DNA of 52,339 bases from a virus (taxonomy: Duplodnaviria > Caudoviricetes): the IMG/VR virus record IMGVR_UViG_3300025652_000108, positions 1 to 52,339 of that record; one strand, 5' to 3'. Positions within the stretch are counted from its first letter, which is position 1. Each line of letters opens with the position of its first letter. Under the pieces are notes generated by a model. It ran no database searches and had not been told where the DNA came from. It saw nothing but the letters and a program-made list of their open reading frames with translations. A program made the translations under genes and the position numbers. Shown piece by piece: positions 1 through 9,314 of this stretch.

Positions 1-263
1 ACATTGACACTGGGCCTGAGCGCACATGGGGTACACCGTGGCCACGCAGCGTAACTGACTGGCCTGTCGAGCCGCCGCGTCAACCAGAGACGCTGGCTCA
101 GGACAAAGACGCCAAGGCAGCGGCTGGAGCAGGGGTAGCAGGCGCAGTAGCAGTAGCTGCTGACTACTTGCCCATTCTTGGCAGCTTGGGCGACACAGCG
201 CAGATTATCGCGGTCCTAGCTGCGGCTGCATTCATCGGCTACATTCTATGGAAACGGGCATGA
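1..263 (+). CDS. Endolysin, peptidase M15 family, C-terminal part (5' end outside window), with hydrophobic C-terminal segments
   Basis: Manual translation from position 3: IDTGPERTWGTPWP...AAGAGVAGAVAVAADYLPILGSLGDTAQIIAVLAAAAFIGYILWKRA*. (H)IDTGxxRxW resembles the C-terminal motif of M15/YcbK-type peptidases; spanin genes follow directly. Confidence 0.7.
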   Translation, partial: IDTGPERTWGTPWPRSVTDWPVEPPRQPETLAQDKDAKAAAGAGVAGAVAVAADYLPILGSLGDTAQIIAVLAAAAFIGYILWKRA

Positions 264-499
264 GAGCGTATCTATCTGGCTTGAGGGCCTACTTGTATGG
301 TATAGTGGCGGCATTGGCCGCCCTCGGTGCAGCCCTAATCTACGCCAAGGGTCGGAGGGACGCTGACAATGACAACCACATCGACGACTACAACGAGTAC
401 ATCGCGACGCGCAGGCGGATGGATGAGGCTGCTGGGCCTTCTGACGCTGATGTCCAGCGCTGGCTGCATGAGCGTGGTAAGTACAAGCGCGATTTGTGA
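260..499 (+). CDS. Inner-membrane spanin (Rz-like)
   Basis: ATG overlaps the endolysin stop (ATGA); N-terminal TM helix (YLYGIVAALAALGAALIY) followed by a charged helical region. Confidence 0.65.
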   Translation: MRAYLSGLRAYLYGIVAALAALGAALIYAKGRRDADNDNHIDDYNEYIATRRRMDEAAGPSDADVQRWLHERGKYKRDL

Positions 500-626
500 T
501 GGGTCGTTTGACCTACGGACGGATCATGCGGCGGCTCTATCAACGGATGGCGGGCCGCTATCGCAAAAGACAGGGGCGGCGTTGATAAGCAAACTGGACG
601 CCGGCTGCGCCGACGTAAAGGGGTGA
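423..626 (+). CDS. Outer-membrane spanin lipoprotein (Rz1-like), overlapping Rz
   Basis: MRLLGLLTLMSSAG|C signal peptide with lipobox Cys; overlaps the 3' end of the Rz-like gene in another frame. Confidence 0.65.
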   Translation: MRLLGLLTLMSSAGCMSVVSTSAICDGSFDLRTDHAAALSTDGGPLSQKTGAALISKLDAGCADVKG

Positions 627-629
627 GGC

Positions 630-896
630 ATGGCCAAAACACGACACGGTATGCTCGACAAGAGCAAAATGAAGTGCAACTCCCCGCGGCGCGCGTCCGG
701 TGGCAGCAAGAAATCTGTGGTCAAGGCATGCAAGGACGGTAAAGAAAAGATCGTGCGGTTCGGCGACCCGAATATGTCGATCAAGAAGGACCAGAAGGGG
801 CGTAAGGCCAGTTATTGTGCGCGCTCCGGTGGAATCAAAGGGACGGGTGACAAGTTCAGCGCCAACTATTGGAGTCGGCGAGCATGGAATTGCTGA
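630..896 (+). CDS. Small basic conserved phage protein
   Basis: Lys/Arg-rich; VRFGDPNM...RKASYCAR...SANYWS motif recalled from aquatic phages; GAGG RBS. Confidence 0.65.
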   Translation: MAKTRHGMLDKSKMKCNSPRRASGGSKKSVVKACKDGKEKIVRFGDPNMSIKKDQKGRKASYCARSGGIKGTGDKFSANYWSRRAWNC

Positions 897-912
897 TCTG
901 TGAGATGACCCA

Positions 913-1188
913 ATGCTAGGATTCAACGCCCTCGGCGCTGCCCCGTTAGCCAGTCTTCCGGTCTCGGCGCTACCTGCTGCCCTCCGGTTCGCGTACGAAG
1001 ACACGAGCCTAAACCGCGCTGACCTTGGCCTTAGTAGCAACTCATTGCTGTTGGTCGGTGGCCCGAACGCGATTGAGCTGGAGGAGTGCCCGAACTGGAT
1101 TGAGCTCGAAGAGCACCCGAACGCGATTGAGCTGGAGGAGTGCCCGAACTGGGTCGAGGTGAACCGTACCAGAAACGACTACCAGTGA
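913..1188 (+). CDS. Small virion-associated protein with internal 9-aa repeats
   Basis: MLGFNALGAAPLA N-terminus typical of tail-associated ORFs; PN(A/W)IELEE(C/H) repeated. Confidence 0.5.
   Translation: MLGFNALGAAPLASLPVSALPAALRFAYEDTSLNRADLGLSSNSLLLVGGPNAIELEECPNWIELEEHPNAIELEECPNWVEVNRTRNDYQ
1063..1161 (+). repeat. 27-bp period tandem repeat (about 3.5 units)
   Basis: ccgaacgcgattgagctggaggagtgcccgaactgg occurs at 1063 and again 54 bp later. Confidence 0.85.
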
Positions 1189-1252
1189 TCCGCTCATCTC
1201 TTGTTTTTTGGTGAGTTAAGATTTAAGATATATCAAACCCTAGAGGCCCGCA

Positions 1253-1573
1253 ATGTTTTATATCAAGCAGAATGACACAAGCCCGGCTCTTCGTGCGGTG
1301 CTAAAAGACGCCGACGGCGTGCCCGTAAACGTGACGGGTGCGAGTGTACTCTTTTACATGCGAACAGCTGGTGCGACTGAGACGATCGTCGAGGGCACGG
1401 CAGAAGTTGTCGACGGAACCACAGGTGTTGTGCAGTACAACTGGTCGACAGGTGATACTGCCACCGCGGGTAATTGTGAGGCGGAGTTCGAGGTCACCTA
1501 CGCCACGGGTAAGATCGAGACGTTCCCGAACAGCAAGTACATCAAGGTAAAAATCACACCGGAGCTGAGCTGA
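1253..1573 (+). CDS. BppU/DUF2479-like tail or baseplate domain protein
   Basis: MFYIKQNDTSPAL...GVVQYNW...AEFEVTY..G.IETFPN pattern typical of this family. Confidence 0.7.
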   Translation: MFYIKQNDTSPALRAVLKDADGVPVNVTGASVLFYMRTAGATETIVEGTAEVVDGTTGVVQYNWSTGDTATAGNCEAEFEVTYATGKIETFPNSKYIKVKITPELS

Positions 1574-1574
1574 C

Positions 1575-2609
1575 ATGGCCGCAGACCCTGAGCAGCTTAA
1601 TGACTCTGTTGCCTTCGGGCAATTCTCCGGTCTGCGGAACACGGTCTCACAAACACGTCTGTCGCCGAACGATCTGGCAGATGCCGTAAATATCGACATC
1701 GACGATGCGCAGCAGGCGCGCCGCCGTCGTGGGTACACCAAGGTTGCGAACGGGGTTTTCCACAGCGTCAAAACTGTCGCGGGGCGTACGTTTGCGGTGC
1801 AGGATTCTAACCTTGTAGAGATCGCTGCAGGCTACGCGATTACGGTGCTACGCACTGGTGTTGGCCCCCAGCCTCTGGATTACGTAGAGGTGAACGGCGT
1901 CGTTTATTTCTCGTCATCGACCGCATCAGGGAAAATTATGCCGGACGGTACGGTCGAGGACTGGGGTGCGTTGGCTGCGGAGAACGAGTGGTTCTCACCT
2001 GTCGTGAGCCCGACGGATACACTACCAGACCTAGACGGTAAGTTGCTGGGACCACCGCCGCTGGCGGATCATCTGACGCTGCACAACGGGCGCATCTATC
2101 TCGCGACCAAGAACATCATCTGGGCCACCGAGCTTTACCTGTATGACTACGTAGATAAAACGCGTAATTTTATGCAGTTTGAATCGGACGTGACTGGTCT
2201 TATCGCAGTCGATGACGGGATATATGTCGGTACGGCAGACGCGGTTTGGTTCCTGACCGGTGGTTTTGGCTCGATGAGGCGTATTGCGATGACGCCGCAG
2301 GGCATGGTTTCTCGCTCGGCTGTTGAAGTCCCGGCGGATGCCTTGGCCCTGCAGCAACCGACTGCAGGTCACGCAGTAATGTTCATGTCACGCTCCGGTG
2401 TCTGTGTTGGTTTGGCCGGCGGAATATGCTATAGCATGACCCAAGGAAAATTCTTACTACCTGAGGCCGTCGCCGGCGCAGCTATGCACCGGAGTGAAGA
2501 TGGTCTCAACCAGTACATCGGCGTTTTAGATAGCGCAGGTGGCCCTAAATCGGCCGCGAGGTTTGGGGATTATGTGGACGCGGAGATACGGCGCTTCGAA
2601 GGAGTGTAA
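1575..2609 (+). CDS. Putative tail/virion structural protein (beta-rich)
   Basis: 344-aa ORF, closely spaced in the late operon; F.GL.N N-terminus as in podoviral tail/stabilisation proteins. Confidence 0.55.
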   Translation: MAADPEQLNDSVAFGQFSGLRNTVSQTRLSPNDLADAVNIDIDDAQQARRRRGYTKVANGVFHSVKTVAGRTFAVQDSNLVEIAAGYAITVLRTGVGPQPLDYVEVNGVVYFSSSTASGKIMPDGTVEDWGALAAENEWFSPVVSPTDTLPDLDGKLLGPPPLADHLTLHNGRIYLATKNIIWATELYLYDYVDKTRNFMQFESDVTGLIAVDDGIYVGTADAVWFLTGGFGSMRRIAMTPQGMVSRSAVEVPADALALQQPTAGHAVMFMSRSGVCVGLAGGICYSMTQGKFLLPEAVAGAAMHRSEDGLNQYIGVLDSAGGPKSAARFGDYVDAEIRRFEGV

Positions 2610-2611
2610 CT

Positions 2612-3151
2612 ATGCAAGAGATTGCGCACAAAACCGAGGGCGGCCTTCTGGTGCCTACCTCCAACATCCTTGGTACTGGTGAGTACCACGGGCAAATCAT
2701 CCGCGATGGCCTAGTCATCGACGAGTGGACAGACAAGAACCTCGTAGTCAACGAGGGCCTGAACAGCATGCTGGACGTGATGTTCCACGGCTCCGCGCAG
2801 GTTACCACATGGTATGTGGGCCTGTTTGAGGGGAACTACACACCTGTTGCGACGGTGACTGCGGCGACTATCGCCTCGGCCGCAACTGAGTCGACGGCCT
2901 ACACTCAGGCCACGCGCCCCGAGTTTGTCGAAGCGGCTGCAGCATCGCAGAGCATCACGAACTCTGCCAGCCGTGCGACGTTCACGTTCAACGACACCAA
3001 GACGATCTACGGTGCGTTCCTTGTGTCGACAGCGACAAAAGGTGGTACGACAGGTACTCTGTTCTCTGCTGCTCGCTTCGCTTCGTCGAAAGCCGTGGTT
3101 TCCGGTGATGAGCTGCTGTTGACCTACACGTTCACCGCGGCCTCGGCCTAA
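2612..3151 (+). CDS. Putative tail structural protein
   Basis: NLVVNEGL...WYVGL...TIYGAFL...GTLFSAARF pattern of a common phage tail protein family; GGAG RBS. Confidence 0.65.
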   Translation: MQEIAHKTEGGLLVPTSNILGTGEYHGQIIRDGLVIDEWTDKNLVVNEGLNSMLDVMFHGSAQVTTWYVGLFEGNYTPVATVTAATIASAATESTAYTQATRPEFVEAAAASQSITNSASRATFTFNDTKTIYGAFLVSTATKGGTTGTLFSAARFASSKAVVSGDELLLTYTFTAASA

Positions 3152-3156
3152 ACAAC

Positions 3157-3180
3157 ACGGGTCACCTCTGGGTGACCCGT
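3157..3180 (+). terminator. Intergenic hairpin (terminator or processing site)
   Basis: acgggtcacc-tctg-ggtgacccgt, perfect 10-bp stem just after a stop codon; no clear U-tract. Confidence 0.45.
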
Positions 3181-3200
3181 AAGCACGCGGGGAGTTTGCT

Positions 3201-4535
3201 GTGGCGACACTTGAGGAGTCTTTGGTAGATGCGGTAAACGTCGCTCCTGCGATCCCTGCCGTGATGCAATTCAACCAGAGTTTGGTAGATGCGGTAAACG
3301 TCGCTCCTGCGATCCCTGCCGCGATGCAATTCAACCCGAGTATCGTGGGGGCGGTCTCGATCGACCCGGTGGTGATCGAGGGCTTCCTGTATGCGCGGGA
3401 CGCGGCCAGTATTCTGACGGTTGCAGACGGACTGAGTGTGCAAGCATTTTTTACGGCGTCCGTGCAGGAGCTGGCACTTGCATTCGAAGGCTATACCCCG
3501 AAGTTCCAGATTGGGCTGAGCGCAGCCGACGGGTTTACTGTCGACCACGCGGTCGTTGCGACGTATGCCGTTCGTCTATTTGAGAATGTGCGTGCGGGTG
3601 CGGCGCTCGCTGCCGCAGCTTCGTTTGGCTTGCTTCTTGCCGACGCGGTCCGCATCGCGGATCAACAGCGTACGGGTGTGAGCTTGACACTGGTAGAGCA
3701 GGTAACACTGAGCTCCGCGGTCGAGACTTTGTACGCGCTCTCACTCATCGAACAGCTGGGGTTATCCGACGCGGTGATCGGGAACGCGACCTACCAGCGG
3801 AGCGCAGTGGACGTAATCCGCATCGTGGATGCCTTCCGCCGTTTCGTCGGTGGCGAAGTAGCTGAACTGCTGGACCTGAGCGAAACCCTTGTCACCAAGG
3901 CGCTTCGCCCGGCACTCGCCGTAGATCAGGTGGACCTGTCGGACGCGCCGGCACCCAGTATAGTAGTGCGCGTGGACCTGTCCGATGGCGTGGACATTAC
4001 GTCGGCCGACGTTCTACGGATGATTTACAACGACGAGGTCGCAGAGGGTGTGGCTCTTACCGCTGCATTCTTGTCCGCGGGGGACTCGTTCACCACATGG
4101 GCGCTTAACACACGCACCGCGGCGATTACAGAGTATCAGAATTACGCGTTCAATAGCTTCGCGCAGCTGGGTGGGCGGTATATCGGTGCGTCAGACCAAG
4201 GTCTGTACGAACTTACAGGTGACGACGACGTCGGCGAGCAGATCATTGCCAGCCTCAAAACAGGTATCGCCCAGCTGGGTGGTTCACGTTACACGTCATT
4301 CCGCGCCGCTTACCTCGGTATCCGCGGTGCCGGCGAGTACGTTCTAAAGCTGGATACCGGCGACGGGAAATCTTATACGTACTCCGTGACGGCGAACGAT
4401 ATGGAGACTACCAAGATCAATCTGGGCAAGGGCCTTCGTGCACGTTATTTCTCGTTTGAGCTCATTAGCGCGGGTCAAGACTTTGATCTTGACAGCCTCG
4501 AGTTCGTGCCGATTGTAGCGCAGCGTCGTGTCTGA
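3201..4535 (+). CDS. Putative virion/tail protein
   Basis: 444 aa; C-terminal W.LN...A.TEY.NY.FNSFA...G.GL..RY domain; GGGGAG RBS with GTG start. Confidence 0.6.
   Translation: MATLEESLVDAVNVAPAIPAVMQFNQSLVDAVNVAPAIPAAMQFNPSIVGAVSIDPVVIEGFLYARDAASILTVADGLSVQAFFTASVQELALAFEGYTPKFQIGLSAADGFTVDHAVVATYAVRLFENVRAGAALAAAASFGLLLADAVRIADQQRTGVSLTLVEQVTLSSAVETLYALSLIEQLGLSDAVIGNATYQRSAVDVIRIVDAFRRFVGGEVAELLDLSETLVTKALRPALAVDQVDLSDAPAPSIVVRVDLSDGVDITSADVLRMIYNDEVAEGVALTAAFLSAGDSFTTWALNTRTAAITEYQNYAFNSFAQLGGRYIGASDQGLYELTGDDDVGEQIIASLKTGIAQLGGSRYTSFRAAYLGIRGAGEYVLKLDTGDGKSYTYSVTANDMETTKINLGKGLRARYFSFELISAGQDFDLDSLEFVPIVAQRRV
3221..3336 (+). repeat. 60-bp in-frame tandem duplication
   Basis: tttggtagatgcggtaaacgtcgctcctgcgatccctgccg(t/c)gatgcaattcaacc at 3221 and 3281. 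Confidence 0.9.
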
Positions 4536-6402
4536 CCAGTATATCCGATACGCCCCGGCCGAACTAGGTGAGGACGAGTTCCTCGACCGGCAGATGCAGA
4601 TTATGCCGGTGCGTGTGCGCGGCGCGGCGAACGCTGATGTCGAGGCCGTGATCCTCGATGAAAACAAAGCGGCCATAGCGGCTTTTGCAGCCCGTACCCA
4701 GCAGCAGCACGACTTGACTGGTGGCCATCGCGCGTTTTTCCAGCAGAAGGGTGACCTGCGTTTTACATACACCAACTCGGGCAACCAACCGATCGTCTAC
4801 GTGGACGTTAAGGCGGCACCGCTGGCACTGCCGACGCCCCAGCCAGTGGGTGAGGTAAGTGTAGCTGAGCCGGAGGAGGTGACACCACCCCCACCAGTCG
4901 AGGCCGATGTGGTTACTCCTGCAGCTGTGCCGACTGTCGAGGAGCTGATTTACGAAATCTCGCCGGAGAAGATGCACCTTCCGGCGGAAGCGTATCGCGG
5001 GGCGTTTTTTGTGAGCGCGGATGAATACAGCCTCACCGAGCCCGGGTCTGTGCGGCTGCGAAACGGGCAGACTTTTGAGTTGCCGGTGGACCGTTCGCTC
5101 GCGATCGTGTTTAGCGCACCGATAGACCCCGTCCCTGACCCTATTCAGGAGCAGATCGGGTACCTGCGATTCCCGGCAGACATCATCTGGGCCTCCGAGC
5201 CTTCGGCGCGACCGGCACTCTACGCGGTGGTCACAGGGTATCTTAACAGGTCGGGGTTCGTACCTTACCCCTCGCCAATACCTATCTATGAGATAGCGGT
5301 TGAGGTGGTGGTGCCGTACCGGCTCAGTGTGTCAGTGCAGTCGCCGTATGATACCCTTGTTAGTGACAACCTCGACGCCGCGCTAGCAGAGGACGCGGTG
5401 CAGGGTGTAGATTACGACTCGCGAAGTGTTGATTTTTCCGCAAACGTAATCGCCACGGCCTTTGTAGCGGCCACGCTAGAGGAGAAGATGGCGTATTATT
5501 ACCCTGACCTCGTACCGGGAACGCTTCAATATGCACTCCAATCCTTGTCTGTCATAGACCTAGCCTACGGATACATAGATTACGGCACCAAGGCTTACCT
5601 TGATTATGCTGTGCGAGGCGAGGCCAGTACCGGGCGTAAGTTCTACGATGTACGCGCAAGTCTGTACGCTGGGGCGATATTTTCTGTCGTCGATAAGACG
5701 CTCACCGACGCATACGGCTACATAGGGCGCCGTACTAACTACGCGACCGCGATAACAGTAGTCGAGGACTCAGTGAGCGCGAGCAAAATCGCGCCGACCG
5801 GCTCGACCTTCAGCTCCAGCAGCTATGGATCGCCGGGGTGGTTGCCGGAGTACATGGAGGCCGCTGAGCTCGCAGCGTTCTATCAGACTCAAGCTATTCG
5901 CGACCAAGGGTCTGCGTTTTTTGTACCTTGGGCGTCGGACGTGGAGGTCCGCAACACTCGTACGACAGACACTCAGTCATCGTTGCGCCCGGCCGAGTAT
6001 GCGGAACTATACGCCGACGCTACCCCGTTTGCACAGAAGCCGGGCTCTGAGATATACGATCTTAGGCTGGCTGTGTCCGATCCGTATGACCCCCGCGAAT
6101 TTTATACAAAAGGTAGCCGCTATATCCCGGACGATGCCGCCATATATTACACGGATAGCATTTTCTACGGTGAGAACTATGATGTTACCCGTGGCGGCCC
6201 CTCCGTGGATGTGGTGAGCTTGATGGCTATACCGCTCAAATTGTCGGTGTTTTCATTCGCGTCTCAGGCCGACTCCGATGCGTCGGCGTATCCGGATTCC
6301 TCTGACACGCCCATCCAAGCGATCAGCGTGGACTACCCCAACGGGGGCATTTATGAGAATCGGCTGCGCTACAATCCGGATAAGGAGATCGCCAGTGGGT
6401 GA
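4528..6402 (+). CDS. Hypothetical virion protein (624 aa)
   Basis: Long ORF overlapping the upstream stop, inside the late operon; Pro/Glu linker followed by a Tyr-rich region. Confidence 0.55.
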   Translation: MSDQYIRYAPAELGEDEFLDRQMQIMPVRVRGAANADVEAVILDENKAAIAAFAARTQQQHDLTGGHRAFFQQKGDLRFTYTNSGNQPIVYVDVKAAPLALPTPQPVGEVSVAEPEEVTPPPPVEADVVTPAAVPTVEELIYEISPEKMHLPAEAYRGAFFVSADEYSLTEPGSVRLRNGQTFELPVDRSLAIVFSAPIDPVPDPIQEQIGYLRFPADIIWASEPSARPALYAVVTGYLNRSGFVPYPSPIPIYEIAVEVVVPYRLSVSVQSPYDTLVSDNLDAALAEDAVQGVDYDSRSVDFSANVIATAFVAATLEEKMAYYYPDLVPGTLQYALQSLSVIDLAYGYIDYGTKAYLDYAVRGEASTGRKFYDVRASLYAGAIFSVVDKTLTDAYGYIGRRTNYATAITVVEDSVSASKIAPTGSTFSSSSYGSPGWLPEYMEAAELAAFYQTQAIRDQGSAFFVPWASDVEVRNTRTTDTQSSLRPAEYAELYADATPFAQKPGSEIYDLRLAVSDPYDPREFYTKGSRYIPDDAAIYYTDSIFYGENYDVTRGGPSVDVVSLMAIPLKLSVFSFASQADSDASAYPDSSDTPIQAISVDYPNGGIYENRLRYNPDKEIASG

Positions 6403-6468
6403 ACATAGTTGGCGCGTTGCCAGATGACACGTTATGCTGTATGATTTACCTAGCAAAGTTGAGGCTGA

Positions 6469-8508
6469 TTGATGTCTGTTATAAACACCCGGATTTTGAA
6501 ACCTGTGGGTGGCCCGCCGAGCCCCGCTGAGTTCTCCAGTAGCGCGTTTACGTTTCTAGGTCAGCTTGCGGATGCGGCCACTGATCTGGCGCCACCTGTT
6601 CGGCTAGATCAGCCTGTTTACGAGCCGGTGAGCCCTACGTTTACGCTGCCTCCCTCGCCTACTACCGAGGCCGTATCCTTTACGCTTCCGGCGGCCCCCG
6701 CGTCGTTCACAGGCTCACTGGACACAACTGGCTTCCTGCCGGCAGCGTTCGACAGCCAGCCGCCCGAGCTCTCATTCGGTGCGGCCCCAAACGAGAATTT
6801 CGGTGAGGTACCTGCAGCACCGGGGATCAACGTGGTCTTCGATGACCCTACGTTGGAGGTGAACCTACCAGCGGCCCCCGAGCTGCTCAGCTTGAATATC
6901 GAGCAGTTTGCCGGTGTATCGTTACCCGAGATTACATCGGACGTACCTGAATTCACCGTCGTAGCTCCGGCTGTGCGTGAGTATGTACCCGGTGCAAAGT
7001 ATGCCTCGACACTGCTCAGTACACTGCAGACCAAGCTGACGGACCGCATCCAGAACGGTGGTACTGGCCTGAACCCAGACGTAGAGGACGCCATCTGGGA
7101 TCGTGCACGCGAGCGGGAGTACAAGCAAGTCGCTGCCGCACTGGCGGACCTCGAGCGTATGGAGGAGATGGGGTTCAACATGCCGAGCGGTGTGTACATG
7201 GACTCACGCATCAAAATCCAGACAGAGCTGGCGAAGAACAACGCTGGGCATAGCCGCGAGGTAATGATTAAGCAGGCCGAGCTGGAGATGGAAGGCTTGA
7301 ACCGAGCCATCACAGACTCTGTGGCAGCTGAAAACATGGTGATCCAGTACGCCAATCAGGTGGAGCAACGGGCATTTGACTCGGCACGCTACGCCACAGA
7401 GGCGGAGATCACCCGTTACAACGCACAGGTACAGGCGTACGCGGCATATCTGGACGCGTACAAGACCAAGATCGCGATTTACGAGGCGCAGGTCCGTGGG
7501 GAGCTGAGCCGGGTTGAGGCGTATCGCGCCGAGGTGGCCGCAGAGCAAGCCAAGGCGCAGATTAACCAGTCACGTGTCGACCAATTCCGCACGCTCACTG
7601 ACGCAGCTCTGTCGGCCATCGAGGTGTATAAGGCGGAGATCGCCGGCATCCAGACAAAGGCGGACATCGAGCGCCTCAAGATTCAGATTTTCGGTGAGGA
7701 AATCCGTGCGTACGCGTCAAAAGTTAATGCGTACACAGCGAATGTGGAAGCCTACCGCGCGGCCATCGGCGCTGAGACGTCAAAGGTGGAAGCATACCGC
7801 TCGAGTGTGCAGGCTTACGGCGCACGTGTAGAGGCGGGCTCCAAGGCCGTTGACGCGAAGATCGCTGAGTACCGCACACGCCTGCAAGCAAAAGAGTTGG
7901 AGTGGCAGGGCTACAACACGACGGCACAAGTCGAAGGTGAGAAGGTACGCGCGATTTCTGCAAAGAACGACGCGATCGCTCGAATTTATCAGGCGGAAGC
8001 CGGCGCAGCGAATGGCTACAACGAGGTACTGGCGCGCCAGTGGTCATCAGCATCCCAGCTGGCCATCAACGCGGCGAATGTGAGCATCGAGCAGTTCAAG
8101 GCAGACTCCAGTTTGTACCTCTCGCAACGCGGGATGGTCATGGACGCAGCCAAGGTGGGGGCAACAGTCTCCTCCCAGATGGGTGCAGCGGCTATCTCCG
8201 CGAACAACTTCTCGACGTCGTTCTCTACGTCCAACTCGGCGTCCAACTCCGAGAGCAAGTCGGAAAGCGACTCTACGTCTCGGTCGACGTCTAGCAACGT
8301 AAACCGTAATAGCTCGACGTCGGATGTCACCTCGAACACGTTCGCGAACTCGGTATCGGATAACAGGTCAACGAGCGACAGCACGAGCCGATCAAATAGC
8401 GTTGCGGACAGCAAATCGTACAACACGAGCCGGTCGACAAATGTAAACGACAATACTAACAACGCGTTGCACGGCGACGAGCAGAGAATTTACATCACTA
8501 ACGTGTGA
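6469..8508 (+). CDS. Putative internal virion/tail protein with long coiled coil and Ser/Thr/Asn-rich tail
   Basis: Pro-rich N-terminus, long Y.A.V.AY heptad-like helical region, low-complexity C-terminus; start codon uncertain. Confidence 0.6.
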   Translation: MMSVINTRILKPVGGPPSPAEFSSSAFTFLGQLADAATDLAPPVRLDQPVYEPVSPTFTLPPSPTTEAVSFTLPAAPASFTGSLDTTGFLPAAFDSQPPELSFGAAPNENFGEVPAAPGINVVFDDPTLEVNLPAAPELLSLNIEQFAGVSLPEITSDVPEFTVVAPAVREYVPGAKYASTLLSTLQTKLTDRIQNGGTGLNPDVEDAIWDRAREREYKQVAAALADLERMEEMGFNMPSGVYMDSRIKIQTELAKNNAGHSREVMIKQAELEMEGLNRAITDSVAAENMVIQYANQVEQRAFDSARYATEAEITRYNAQVQAYAAYLDAYKTKIAIYEAQVRGELSRVEAYRAEVAAEQAKAQINQSRVDQFRTLTDAALSAIEVYKAEIAGIQTKADIERLKIQIFGEEIRAYASKVNAYTANVEAYRAAIGAETSKVEAYRSSVQAYGARVEAGSKAVDAKIAEYRTRLQAKELEWQGYNTTAQVEGEKVRAISAKNDAIARIYQAEAGAANGYNEVLARQWSSASQLAINAANVSIEQFKADSSLYLSQRGMVMDAAKVGATVSSQMGAAAISANNFSTSFSTSNSASNSESKSESDSTSRSTSSNVNRNSSTSDVTSNTFANSVSDNRSTSDSTSRSNSVADSKSYNTSRSTNVNDNTNNALHGDEQRIYITNV

Positions 8509-8518
8509 GGGAAAAATT

Positions 8519-9268
8519 ATGGCAACTTTAGACGAAATAGTGCGCCCTTCCGGTGCTCCACCGGGTACAAGCCAAAAAGTTTTCGATCAGCAGCTGGGGC
8601 TGCTAGGTGCCGCGCCGGGCGTGGTCGCTGGTATGACACCAGATACTACCCCACCACCACTGGGTGCTCCATCTGTGGCGCCAATGGCTGCTCCGGCGAT
8701 GACGGGTATGCAGGCAGCAGATACTTTAGGTGCTGTGGACTTGCAGGGATTGCGTCAGGGTCTAGGCGCTTACATGGATCAGACGCTGAGTGGTATCAAC
8801 GACCCCGCTCTGCGGGCAAAATACCAAGGTATCCTGACCAACAGTTTCTCTAACCTGTATGGCCAAGGTGTGGATCAGGCACGTGTGCGTACCACTGCGT
8901 ATCAGGCACCATCACAAGAGCTGTTGACTCGAGCACAGGCGTCTACCACGGCTACGACAGGGGATATGGCTCGTTTCGCGGCACCGGCAAACGTGGCGGC
9001 CAACCTCGCATCTGCAGCAAATCTAAATGCAGGCACAGCTGAGCAGGGTATCACTAACGTGGGCAAAACCGTCGATTTACTCAGTCGGCCCGGGGATGAC
9101 TCACTCGTTTTCAATATGGCCACCGGTAGCACCGTGCCGGACTCCCTCACACAGCAACCCGGTGGCGATTACAACAGGGGTACACCTGTGCGTCGCAAAC
9201 CGAGCGGTATCACCCCACTGCTGCAGTTCAACAACCTGCCGCCTATGAGTGCTTATACGCGGTACTAA
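8519..9268 (+). CDS. Putative internal virion (ejection) protein
   Basis: Ala/Gly/Gln-rich; last gene of the rightward operon; GAGGG RBS. Confidence 0.5.
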   Translation: MATLDEIVRPSGAPPGTSQKVFDQQLGLLGAAPGVVAGMTPDTTPPPLGAPSVAPMAAPAMTGMQAADTLGAVDLQGLRQGLGAYMDQTLSGINDPALRAKYQGILTNSFSNLYGQGVDQARVRTTAYQAPSQELLTRAQASTTATTGDMARFAAPANVAANLASAANLNAGTAEQGITNVGKTVDLLSRPGDDSLVFNMATGSTVPDSLTQQPGGDYNRGTPVRRKPSGITPLLQFNNLPPMSAYTRY

Positions 9269-9278
9269 GCAGACAGCG

Positions 9279-9310
9279 GACCGGGCGGTCCTTTCCTCCC
9301 TAGCCCGGTC
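9279..9310. terminator. Inverted repeat between convergent operons
   Basis: gaccgggc...gcccggtc 8-bp stem in the 46-bp gap between the late and replication modules. Confidence 0.4.
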
Positions 9311-9314
9311 TTGC

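Noticed and set aside
1216-1226. CtrA box upstream of the BppU-like gene
   Set aside because: The two TTAA half-sites are 3 bp apart, not the 7 bp required.
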